Of a DNA stretch of 64,000 bases, positions 52,305 through 63,513 are shown piece by piece. The translations under genes and the position numbers were made by a program. Below the pieces are notes generated by a model that worked only from the letters and a program-made list of their open reading frames with translations, was not told the origin of the DNA and made no database searches. The stretch's first letter is position 1. The number at the start of each line of letters is the position of its first letter. The stretch is from positions 6,200,001-6,264,000 of the forward strand of contig CM035355.1 in the NCBI GenBank assembly GCA_020137815.1. Direction: 5' to 3'. Origin of the DNA: Hormiphora californensis. Taxonomy: Eukaryota; Animalia; Ctenophora.

Positions 52305-55300
52305 TTAGTGGTCAAAACTGTGTTCACTACTACTCTTTCTTCTCTTCGCTTCTCATAAACAAGAATGAACTTGTCAAGGAGCATGATAAAAGTTTCATCC
52401 AACAATCACTTTGATTTGTTGGCATCTCGTCTGATAACAAAATGTGCAATGTGTCCATACTTCAATCTCATCTCATTTTTGTACCTCCTCACTTCAGCCC
52501 TTCGTAATCGCTGCACTTTTCTCAGAAAGTAGGCCCTCCAGGACCGTTGGATGGCTATAGCAGCGTACCATTCCTGATTGTAACGGTGCTGGAACTCAAC
52601 TGCACCCTGTGGGGTGGTTTTGGGGGTGAATCCTTGGTAGCAATTTTAGTTGTCACACAAAAGACTGTCCGAACCGGGGTCGTCACGCAGCATGGCAACC
52701 AATTAGCAGCTCTGAATCTCGGCAATATAATGGTTCAGATGGATGGCGTTCTAAATCGAAAATCTATTCCTACCTGGAAGTCCGTTATGATAGAGGTTTT
52801 AGGTTGGTACGGTTTCAGTTTCGCTATGTTCTCTGCATTCTCACAGCTATCTATCTCGTGAAGTATCCGCCCCATAACAGACCGACAACACTTACACGAT
52901 ACCTGAATTGGGATTCAGTTGTGTCAAATGAGTGAAGTTCCTTGAAATACCCTTATCGGTCAATGGAAAGGTGATTTTGGGTGCTAAGCTAGTGGTCCAC
53001 CCCGGTTAAACACATCATACGCTTCAAAAAAAGAGCATGTATCTAACCTGTTTCTCGACACGATTAATCATCACTCTCGTCTCATCCCTCTCCCTTTTCT
53101 TCTTTTCCACCTTCTTCCTCTCAGGTGTATCTTTTTGTCTTATTTTCCTAGTCACAGTACAGTCCTTCAATCCCAGATCATCAACCTCCAACTCTATTGA
53201 CTCCCCCTCTGATCGGTCACTTACTGATGCTAAATGGAGATAAAGTCAGTTTAAAGTCTGATTGATTGAGTCTGGTTAAACACCTGATCCAGCTACCACT
53301 TTCTCTCCCGCCATAGGCAAGGGCCGAAGAGGGTTATTTTATAACCAAATGTGACTAGTGGTCGAAGGCTTGATACTCACCGGTAGAGGAAACTTCAGTG
53401 AGCTCATCACTGAGTTCCAGATCACTTTCCGTAACATCACTCTCTATCCCATCATCAGCTATCTGCAACACCTCTCCCTCTTCCTCATCCTCTACATCTT
53501 GATCCTTAACTTCTGGAATTTCTTCTTTCTTATCCTTCACTTGTCCGGGTGGTTTAATAACTGAAGTGCAGTTACATCGGTTACATAATTATCATCGGTG
53601 AAATCATGGAAACATTAAATTATCTCTCAGTATTTGTACCTGGTAAATCCTTGTCTAGAACTTCCCGGCAGAGTTCAGTCTCAACTCTAAAGGATTGGTC
53701 GTGTAGCAAGTTACTACAGTCAGCCACACATCGTCGTAGCCTTTCTGACAGCGTGACACTCTCGTAGAACAGGGTGTCCAGCTCTTTGGCATCTGAAATA
53801 ATAATGTTCTAACACTGAAATCAATGTGGCACCTAGCCATGTGAAACGATGGTGGCCACTACAGTTTCCTACCCTCACGGCGTGCCTGGTGAAATTTTAA
53901 CACGACCTAGCATGCGACGGGAAACCACCACTTGTACGGGGTAGCTGAGGGTCTACAGAATGGCGCTACGGTGCGGGAAAAAACATTCCATTCCCTAAAA
54001 TCTTTTTTTTTACTTTTATTTGATTTGGGTCAAAATTGGCTATATTAAACGTGGTCCCGAAAAATCCATAATGACTTAGCACACGAAATATGTCACCCCC
54101 ACCTATTTTTGCACGTAGAATCGATTGCCGTTGAAGTCGAATCTCTAAAATGACTGTAAAATGGTCAAAAGTTGATTTTTTACCATTTTTTGGAGGTTTT
54201 TGGCCCCTAAACGATTGAAAACGTTGAGATAGGAATTTGAAACTAGTGCCAATTGTTAAAATGGTCATTTTTCTACCAAGAACCAAGTTTTCGTGTATAC
54301 CCGATTTATGGTTAGATTTGGGCAAATTGTTGAAATCTGCCAACTAGGAGAACCGTAACTTGATTTTCTTGTTTTTTGGATTTTGGAATTTTCGACAAAC
54401 TTCTGATTGAAATGGTCAATCGGGACCATGCTTAAGTTGTTTATGGGACAATTTTCGACTAAAATCCAAGATTTCATACCAATCCAATAACAGATCGTTG
54501 GTTTATAGAAAATTTAAGTAGGCAAAACGGTCAAAATGACAACTTTTCTTGCTTATTTTCACCGTTTTGCCTACTTAAATTTTCTATAAACCAACGATCT
54601 GTTATTGGATTGGTATGAAATCTTGGATTTTAGTCGAAAATTGTCCCATAAACAACTTAAGCATGGTCCCGATTGACCATTTCAATCAGAAGTTTGTCGA
54701 AAATTCCAAAATCCAAAAAACAAGAAAATCAAGTTACGGTTCTCCTAGTTGGCAGATTTCAACAATTTGCCCAAATCTAACCATAAATCGGGTATACACG
54801 AAAACTTGGTTCTTGGTAGAAAAATGACCATTTTAACGATTGGCACTAGTTTCAAATTCCTATCTCAACGTTTTCAATCGTTTAGGGGCCCAAAAACCTC
54901 CAAAAAATGGTTTAAAAAATCAACTTTTGACCATTTTACAGTCATTTTAGAGATTCGACTTCAACGGCAATCGATTCTACGTGCAAAAATAGGTGGGGGG
55001 TGACATATTTCGTGTGCTAAGTCATTATGGATTTTTCGGGACCACGTTTAATATAGCCAATTTTGACCCAAATCAAATAAAAGTAAAAAAAAAGATTTTA
55101 GGGAATGGAATGTTTTTTCCCGCACCGTAGCGCCATTCTGTAGACCCTCAGCTACCCCGTACAAGTGGTGGTTTCCCGTCGCATGCTAGGTCGTGTTAAA
55201 ATTTCACCAGGCACGCCGTGCCCTCTCTCAATGAGTCAATGATCTATAATACTAAGGGAGTGAGACTTTTATTCATTATTGAGTTGCTAATAGTCTCGAT

Positions 55301-56293
55301 CTCGTGGGAGATGGGCTCTGTTATGGCTTACCGGGTTGTTGAGAGGTGGGTTATTGAAATTGTCTGACTAGCTCCGGCAGAGTTCAGTCTCAACTCTAAA
55401 GGATTGATCGTGTAGCAAGTTACTACAGTCCGCCACACATCGTCGTAGCCTTTCTGACAGCGTGACACTCTCGTAGAACAGGGTGTCCAGTTCTTTGGCA
55501 TCTGAAACATAGTAAAGTTCAAACACTGAAATCAACCTAGCACATAGCCATGTGAAACGATGGTGGCCACTACAATTTGCTACCCTCTCCCAATGAGTCA
55601 ATGATCTATAATACTAAGGGAGTGAGACTTTCATTCATTATTGAGTAGGGGGGGGGCCTGCCGCAAAAATCTCAGCTACCCTCTTTTCGGCCGATGAGAT
55701 TTTTGAGATTTTTGTGGTAAATTGGCACAATTTTGGCTGCCAATACTCAGTTTTTCGACATATTTTTTAGCTTAAAACTGAATCATGATAGCAGTATAGT
55801 AATTTAAATAGGTAGATTTCATGTTTTAGCTTCACATCAACTTTTGTACTAGAACACAAGGAAAATTTCTATTTAGAATTTTGATTTTTGGTAGAAAAAC
55901 ACAAGGATTGTTTCTATTCCAAATTTTCGAATGGAAATTTTTCCTTTCTATGAGATTTTTGAGAAAAATTTGCGGGTTTTCCCCGAAAAAACGCAAATTT
56001 GCCTCAAAAATCTCAAAAATCCCACGTTTTTTAGCCAAAAATCGAAAATCTCAAAAATCCCAGCTACCCTGAAAATCGCCAATGAGGCATGAGATTCTTG
56101 CGGCAGGCCCCCCCCCCCCTGAGTAGCTAATAGTCTCGATCTCGTAGGACTAGGAGATGGACCCTGTTATGGCCTGTCTGGCGCCGCGACCCAATTGAGC
56201 GCACTGTCGAGAATCAAATGGGGTATGGCGCCGCCATACAGGTTATGGCTTACCGGGTTGTTGAGAGGTGGTAGGATTATCTCTGACAGTCAT
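52305..56293 (-). CDS. IQ-motif-containing protein of unknown family (about 6 exons)
   Basis: MTVRDNPTTSQQP|DAKELDTLFYESVTLSERLRRCVADC..; acidic exon; VSCKCCRSVMG..; last exon AAIAIQRSWRAYFLRK (IQ motif). Stop at 52406 or, after an indel, 52305. Confidence 0.65.
53876..55220. mobile_element. Non-autonomous foldback DNA transposon, Chapaev (CMC)-like, copy 2
   Basis: Same family as 6070-7410; CACGGCGTG...CACGCCGTG; 4-bp TSD ccct; empty site taccctctcccaatg at about 55581. Confidence 0.9.
55648..56119. mobile_element. MITE with G-run/C-run termini
   Basis: G9-cctgccgcaaaaatctca...tgagattcttgcggcagg-C12; TSD tgagta (or gagt if the ends are AG..CT); empty site ttgagttgctaa at about 55279. Confidence 0.85.
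56174..56241. mobile_element. 68-bp MITE, 8-bp TSD
   Basis: ctgtctggcgccgc...gcgccgccatacag flanked by gttatggc; empty site at about 55320. Confidence 0.88.
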
Positions 56294-56371
56294 ATTACGG
56301 CAGCGAAAAAGCAGCACAACAAATAGACAATGCTTGAAAGAAAGTTTTCATGTGGCCAATTTTCTACTCGC

Positions 56372-56396
56372 CCCTCTTTCTCTCTCTCTTTCTCTC

Positions 56397-56472
<76 letters not shown>

Positions 56473-56607
56473 CTCTCTCCCTCTCTCTTTCTTTCTCTAT
56501 CTCTCTTTTTTTCCTCTCCCTTGTCAAATCGTCCCCCAATCAGACGTTGCTTTCAAGTGAACAAGCAAAGTTTTACGTCACGCAAAGCGTCAAGCTTGCA
56601 GTTCACC

Positions 56608-56686
<79 letters not shown>

Positions 56687-56722
56687 TGAGAGAGAAAGAG
56701 AGAGTGAGGGAGAGAGAGAGTG
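56372..56722. promoter_or_regulatory. Putative bidirectional promoter: (CT)n - core - (GA)n between divergent genes
   Basis: Divergent ATGs at 56293(-) and 57102(+); inverted microsatellites flank a core of about 90 bp containing ttacgtca. Confidence 0.4.
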
Positions 56723-57101
56723 TGAGTAAACACAGCATGCACGCTGTTCAATACAAATATAATATACTATTACGTGTCGGACAGCAGCTAATCGCCCCAA
56801 CAAGCACACCCTTCAGTCTCAATACAGCGGAATTAGCTCTTGCGAGGCAGCTCTACAGTCTTCACTAACTAAGAGTGGAGACCCCAAATATCCGTCCACC
56901 AATTCAACAACATCACCGTCTACACTTATATTACAATTCAATGTACCTCATTATTTACCAATGAATAGTCATATATCACACGAACAGCCCCCCCCCCCCC
57001 ATGGCCCCTCCCTTGATACCCTACATTCCCCATTAACAATTCCCAATACCTCCCCGGTTCCCCGTTAACATACCCAGCCCTTTCTATAGCAGACAGACAG
57101 T

Positions 57102-58811
57102 ATGAGTACCGCAGCAACATCCCCTGGTCACACAGACTCCAAGGAGGACGCCCAAGAAGAGGCCCTGAAACAGATGAGGGCACGGAGGGCAGATGAATGG
57201 GAGAGAGTTAGGAACCCAGATGTACCTACTGAACGTAATGCAAATGTTTATGATCTATCCTGGTCTGTCCGGTTTCATGGACGCAGTTAGCAGTAAGGGG
57301 GCAATTAGTTTGTACACAATAAAGTTTGATCATTGGGTCAAGACTTATCTAGCCCTGTCTTAAGTTTTTAAACTTTTTCCTAACCCCTCAACAGAAGACA
57401 AGGAGGATGACTTTGAAACGAGGACGTTGTATGAACGACTCAAGGAGAATAGGGAACTCAAGCGTCAAGAGATAGAGGAACAATTCCGATACAGTAAGTA
57501 GTGTTAGTGCTAGTTATGAGTCAGTTATAAAACCATTATTGTGTACAAACACAAGTGCACTAATGTTATAGTGTATCAACTCCATTCCTTCTGGGCTTCT
57601 GAGTTCTGACCTACTGTCGGTAGTGAATCAGGCATCCTCTGTCTGGCGAAAGTACGCTCAGATGGGGCACTCAGATGTGCGCCATAAAGGGTATCCTCAC
57701 CTCACAATGGTTCATGCGGGGTGACGCACGGTGGGCTCAAGGGATTCATACTGAATCTCTTGCCCGCCTGTATACCGTGTGTCAACCCGCAGGGTGATGT
57801 GTGGATAGTATCCACTGGATACCCGATCCAAAATGAGCTGTTGCAAAGGATTGTACCAACAATACCGTATCTAATATGTTGGCCCAACATATTAGATACG
57901 GTATCATCTTCTACGTTTAACTAAATTTATTCCCCCCAGAAAACATGGTTTACTCGGGACTCGATACTGATGAGCATCAGTTCTTGGAAACTTGGGAGGA
58001 GACAAAAAAGAAGGAACATTCTGAGCAACGGAAACACGAGATAGAGGAACTACAAAAGTTCAAGGTAAGTAATCAGAATTCAGATAGATAGGTACCCGAC
58101 AATTACGTTTTATTATATTTTCTTACCCTTTCTGCCTTGAATTTCCTGTATCTCCTGGTATTGTGTCTTCTGTTCACAATATGAACACTGAACAGTATGA
58201 ATAACATTACGTTTCCTGCAGGCTAGGATGGTAGACCTGAATGCTGAATCCACCCACTCCGTTGCTATGGCAGCACCTGCCCCACCTGCTAAGAAAACTA
58301 TGACGAGACAGAAACAACTGCTTGTTGGAGTTGTCAAAAAACGAAAAATGTGAGTGGCAAAAACCTATTTTTTGTTATTCTTTAGGCTTGTGAAATCAGT
58401 TTACACTCTACACTATCCCTCACACTTTGAGTCACAGAAGCTGTCCCACATAGTGACTGCGAGGGTCAGTGTACTTATATTATTAGCCGGTTAAGAAATT
58501 ACTACCTGGGTCGTGGACCCATAACTTATGAAATTGGATTACTATTAGTAAATTGTCAAATTGATGATTCTTAATTTACTATGCTATGGCCATGTTACCA
58601 GAAAATGTCCTCTTTCAGAGTTGAGAAGGAGGAATCACCGGTACCGCTAACTGGCTTGGGAGCATACAGTGACAGTTCTTCTGAAGACGACGAAGAGGCA
58701 AAGAAAAATGTCGATGAGAGGAGAAAAAGTGATTCTGACAGTGACAGTGGTAGTGATAGTGACAATGAGATTGATAATAGGAAGAGAAAATCTTCGTGGG
58801 ACGATAGGTGA
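57102..58811 (+). CDS. PSME3IP1: PSME3-interacting protein (FAM192A/NIP30/PIP30), 5 exons
   Basis: RRADEWERVRNPD..RTLYERLKENRELKRQEIEEQFRYKNMV.SGLDTDEHQFL..QKQLLVGVVKKRK..GLGAYSDSSS. Confidence 0.92.
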
Positions 58812-59447
58812 TTGTTTTGTAATGTTGTTTTCAGAGATATTTCATTTTGACTACTTTTAATCTAATTATCCAAAATTATTTTCTCTTTGATTAAAGTTTC
58901 TGGAACTCGCCAAAAATAGTCAACACAACTGCAAAATGGTGACGCGCATTATTAAGCAAAATCTCTTTTTACCGCCGCGCGCGCCCGAATAGAAATTGAA
59001 AAAAATCTGTGTTTTGCGACTTTCTTCTTTTGTGTTTTTAATTTTTGAACTCACTTTTGAGTTTTGACTTTTGTGTGACAGTGGTGCCCCGTCAAATTGG
59101 CCGCCCGCATATAGTGCTGTCTGTCATGCGGTCAAAGATGTAATCTGCTGATATTGATTCCGTTTTATTCGTACTTCTTAGACGTCGTAGACCGCGTCGT
59201 GGGTGGCGCTGTGCGGCCAGCCAACATGACGGGGTACGACTGTTATTTATAAAGAAGCCTTGTGCCCTAATTTCTGTTGGCATGTGCTGTTTTAGATTTT
59301 TAGATTTTACACTTGTTGTATGCTAGTTTCTGTGAATCTTGTAAACGCGATTGGAAATAAAAACTAGTACTGAAAAACGATGTGAAAAATCAATGTATAG
59401 CTCAGATAATCTATTTATATTCCCCTTCCTTTCTAGCTAACTAACCG

Positions 59448-61730
59448 ATGAATGAAACGTTATCTTATAACCCCGGCTCCGGCTACGATCAGAGACGTGT
59501 CGTAACAGGATCAGTTCGACCAGAATTTCTATGTGATATCTGCCAGAATCTGCTATGCATCCCCGTAGAGGTAGGCTAAGGTCCACAAAATAGTAGTTTT
59601 AATAAGTTATATATATCCGAGGCAAGGACAATCAGCTATAAGTTATATGGTGATTTTTTGTTTCCATTTTAGTTATCTATCAGGGGTAATTCATGGAATT
59701 CTTGTTAGAACCTAGAAATCATTAGGGGCAAGCTAATTTTTGCACAATCCGACAGTCAATAGGCCCCTGAACCACCAAAAAAAAGTCCCAAGCCCAACTC
59801 CTGGGGGAAGTGCCCCTAATTGGCACTAATTGATTACAGTGTATTTGTAACCATCAATTAAATCGTAAATCGTCTTAGGAAAGGAGTAGAGGGAAAACCG
59901 AGGGCACTAAAGTGTTCAGCGTCCTCGCATTAGTGGGGGTAGGTGCTGGAATTAAGTTTCTATCTTATCTGGTTAATTAGATAATTGGATAATTAGGTTT
60001 GCGCATAGCCGTTTTTTGGCTATATGGCTATAGCCCCTTAGGAAAAGAGTAGAGACAAAACCGAGGGCACTAAAATGATCAGCGTCCTCGAATTAGTGGG
60101 GATAGGTGCTGAAATTAAGTCTCTATCTCATCGGGTTAATTAGATAATTGGATAATTAGATCCGCGCATAGCCGTTTTTGGCCATATGGCTATAGCCACT
60201 TAGGAATGGTTTAGAGACTTTTCACTGGTGCCATTTTGTAGGCAATGGCTAAGTTATGGGGGGTCGTGGTCGGACTTTTAAGCTCTATCTCAAACCGTTT
60301 AGCCGTTATTTGGATTCAAAGATCCACAAAGAGGCTCAAAATCGTACTTTTTACCATTTTTTGCTCATTTTCAGCACCTTTGAATCCAAATAACGGCTAA
60401 ACGGTTGGAGATAGAGCTTAAAAGTCCGACCACGACCCCCCATAACTTAGCCATTGCCTACAAAATGGCACCAGTGCAAAGTCTCTAAACCATTCCTAAG
60501 TGGCTATAGCCATATGGCCAAAAACGGCTATGCGCGGATCTAATTATCCAATTATCTAATTAACCCAATGAGATAGAGACTTAATTCCGGCACCTACACC
60601 CACTAATGCGAGGACGCTGAACACTTTAGTGCCCTCGGTTTTCCCTCTACTCCTTTCCTAAGACGATTTACGATTTAATTGATGGTTACAAATACACTGT
60701 AATCAATTAGTGCCAATTAGGGGCACTTCCCCCAGGAGTTGGGCTTGGGACTTTTTTTTGGTGGTTCAGGGGCCTATTGACTATCGGATTGTGCAAAAAT
60801 TAGCTTGCCCCTAATGATTTCTAGGTTCGGGCTGTTTTTGACAACATTTCCATGACTTAGGGTGTTTCTTGCTTTGTTCAAACAGAGTCGAGCAAGGCAA
60901 GGTGTCTCTAATCTGAAATATCCCGCCCCCCATCAGAGTGTGTGTGGCCACATGTTCTGTACGTTTTGTATAGACGACTGGCTGGAAGGGAACAACAGAT
61001 GTCCCTTTGACTGCATGATCATACGAAAATCTAAACATCTCCTCCCGCCAAAGGTTTGTAGTGTGTGTTGCCTTGTTGTAATGTGTGTCGTGTGTAGAGA
61101 CATTTAACTTACCAAGATGCTCCGTGATCTGTTAGCAATGATTGAGTGTGGGTTGCCATGCCATCAGTTGAGTGTTAAAATCGCACTGTTACCTCCTCTT
61201 GATTTACAATTTGTTAAACCTTATTTACTCCATCCCGCCTTTCTTAGTCCTACCCTTAACCCTACTGGATACTACCGGCTACCCCCACCCCCTTACTTAC
61301 ACCAATTACCCCCACAGATCCGGCTGGTTCGGAAGATGGAGGACCTCAGATTGAGATGCACGTACAGTGGAAGTGGGTGTCCGACTGTCGCGTCAATAGC
61401 AGATCTACAGGACCATGAACTGGTGAGAAAAGACCATAATTTAATATTTCTCGTTTTTTATAAGGAGGGTCCAGTTGCATTTCATTTTATCGTATCTATT
61501 ATTTTGTTCCAATTCTCCGATTGTTTCACCCCATTACCCCGTAAAATCCTGGTGAAATTGTATATTATATTCCACAGATTAGAACTGAATATATTCCCCA
61601 GATATATCTAACGTGTATTCCCCAGATGTGTAACTATGCAGTGGTAAGGTGTGATTACTGCAATGTGAAGATCAGTAAGAAGCAACTGGAATCCCACTAT
61701 ACCGTGTGCAAGAGATACCAGGCCGAGTTG
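59448..61730 (+). CDS. RING-finger + TRAF/SIAH-type zinc-finger E3 ligase (RNF41/RNF151/TRAF-like), 3' incomplete
   Basis: Phase-0 exons 59448-59570, 60937-61053, 61318-61422, 61626-61730: GYD..FLCDICQNLL..CGHMFCTFCIDDWL..CPFD..LRLRCTYSGSGC..HELMCNY..CDYC..HYTVC; ends at donor gtgagt with no stop. Confidence 0.88.
59708..60828. mobile_element. Foldback (long inverted repeat) element in RING-gene intron 1
   Basis: gaacctagaaatcattaggggcaagc...gcttgcccctaatgatttctaggttc; centre near 60345; left arm has an extra tandem copy of about 160 bp; TSD not evident. Confidence 0.85.
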
Positions 61731-61962
61731 GTGAGTACAGTATCTGTGAGAGAGCATTTGTGAATTGTAATACTCAGTACATTGAATGTGTCGAATGGGT
61801 GTTTGTGGGTCATGACAGATGGATGTTTGTGAATCAGTGAGAGGGAAATGGTTGTGAATCAGTGAGGGGGAATGGGTGTTAATTGTGATTCAGTTATTTA
61901 GGGTAGACACAATTATAGACACATCAATTCACAAGTTTGGGAAACTAAATAAATATCTCAAA

Positions 61963-63024
61963 TCAAAACACTCCAGTAGATGCAGCCAGGTGCAGTGCTT
62001 GCTCGATCCTCTCAGTCCTCTTCTGCTTAGCTCGTCTGTTCTGGAACCAGGTCCGGATGGAGGCCTCAGAAACACCGATCCTGGCAGCAAGCTCGGTCCT
62101 CTCATTCTTCTCTATGCGGTCACAGAAGAGGTACCGCTCCTCCAGGACCCGGATCTGGGAGGGTGAGAAACTGGTCCGGTGGTTGGTTTGGTAGGGTTTA
62201 GGTGGGGTAGGACGGGTGGAGGAGGTCAGGGCGCCAGTAGGACGGGTAGAGGAGGTCAGGGTACCAGGGTTCCGGGTAGAGGTCAGGGCTCCAGGGGTCC
62301 ATCCACGGAGGAGAGGGTGGTGTCGGATTGTCAGGGAGGGTTTACTGGCAAATTGAGGAAATCGGTCCAGGTAGGGGGCCAGTGAGGCAGGGAGGGGAGG
62401 AAGGGGTGCTGGTGGAGGGTGGATTGCAGTAGGAGGGGGAGGCAGGTCTGATAGAGGACATTCCACAGGAGGGAGGTCCACAGGAGGCAGGTCTGATAGA
62501 TCAACAGGAGGCAGGTCCACAGGATGGTGTGGGGAGGTAGCAGGAGAGGATCCGGTCAGTGGAGGGCAGGGAGGGTAGGTTTCCTGGGGTTGTTGTGGTG
62601 GAGGATAGGTCTGATGCTCCTGGGAGGGAGAGGGATAGGTCTGCTGTTTGGGGGATGTGTAGGACTGCTCCTCGGGCTGATAGGACTGGGAAGGTGGAGG
62701 ATAGGTCTGAGAGGGAGACGGATAGGACTGCTGGGAGGGAGGATATGACTGGTTCTGTTCAGCTCTCAGCAGGGCAGCCAGCTCCTCGGCAGCAGCGGCA
62801 GGAGAGAATGTAGAGGAGGAGAGATAGGACTTGACATCAAATGCGGATCCAGAAGGGAAATCAGTAGGTTTGGATGATGTTGTAAATGCAGATCCAGCAG
62901 GAAAATCAGAAGGTTCCAGTTTGGAGGAGGATGTAGGAGGTGGAGGAGGTTGGTGGTGAGGGAAGTAGAGGGGGTACACGTTGGTACAGCTGGAGAGTAG
63001 ATCATCAATAGAGAAGGAGTTCAT
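61963..63024 (-). CDS. Intronless homeobox transcription factor (divergent Q50 homeodomain, N-terminal eh1 motif)
   Basis: 353-aa ORF; FSIDDLL eh1; Pro/Ser/Gln-rich linker; HRTSFSPSQIRVLEERY..ERTELAARIGVSEASIRTWFQNRRAKQKR. Confidence 0.95.
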   Translation of the reverse strand: MNSFSIDDLLSSCTNVYPLYFPHHQPPPPPTSSSKLEPSDFPAGSAFTTSSKPTDFPSGSAFDVKSYLSSSTFSPAAAAEELAALLRAEQNQSYPPSQQSYPSPSQTYPPPSQSYQPEEQSYTSPKQQTYPSPSQEHQTYPPPQQPQETYPPCPPLTGSSPATSPHHPVDLPPVDLSDLPPVDLPPVECPLSDLPPPPTAIHPPPAPLPPLPASLAPYLDRFPQFASKPSLTIRHHPLLRGWTPGALTSTRNPGTLTSSTRPTGALTSSTRPTPPKPYQTNHRTSFSPSQIRVLEERYLFCDRIEKNERTELAARIGVSEASIRTWFQNRRAKQKRTERIEQALHLAASTGVF

Positions 63025-63084
63025 CGTGAGTTGGGGATGTTGTTTCTGTCCCCCGCTGCCCCTTTTCTACCCCTGACCCCTTGG

Positions 63085-63381
63085 TAATCGGTCCCTGGTT
63101 GACAGGGTTACTCGATACCTTGTAGCTACTCATCTAACCCCAGAACACGATGACTCATCTAACGCTTGTCCTGGTAATCGGTGGGTCACATGACGGAGGA
63201 CTGTTAATCGGTATATCACATGACACTAGCCGATTACTGGATCTGCTGACCCATTATAATCGGTGGATCACGTCGCGTTAATCGGGGGTAGCTGGTCGAA
63301 CAGGGCTCTGCTGACGTAACAGGAATCACATGACATGAATTCAGCCAGATATCACATCTCAGCAAAATTAGGGCACATGAC
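63085..63381. promoter_or_regulatory. Clustered TAATCGG and CACATGAC motifs upstream of the homeobox gene
   Basis: TAATCGG at 63085, 63175, 63205, 63257, 63279 and reverse at 63230; CACATGAC at about 63187, 63217, 63327, 63374. Confidence 0.6.
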
Positions 63382-63440
63382 CATGGTCTGCATTATTCAA
63401 AATTGAAAGTAAGAAAATGTTAAAGTTGCAAAAAGTCTAC

Positions 63441-63513
63441 AGGTTCGACCGGGTTTTGAACCCGGGACCTTCTGCGTGTTAAGCAGATGTGATAACCACT
63501 ACACCACCGAACC
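63441..63513 (-). tRNA. trnV-AAC: tRNA-Val(AAC)
   Basis: GGTTCGGTGGTGTAGTGGTTATCACATCTGCTTAACACGCAGAAGGTCCCGGGTTCAAAACCCGGTCGAACC folds as a cloverleaf; A/B boxes; T5 terminator just downstream. Confidence 0.95.

Noticed and set aside
57560-57925. Short ORFs on both strands in a PSME3IP1 intron
   Set aside because: No recognisable motif or splice structure; probably a decayed repeat.
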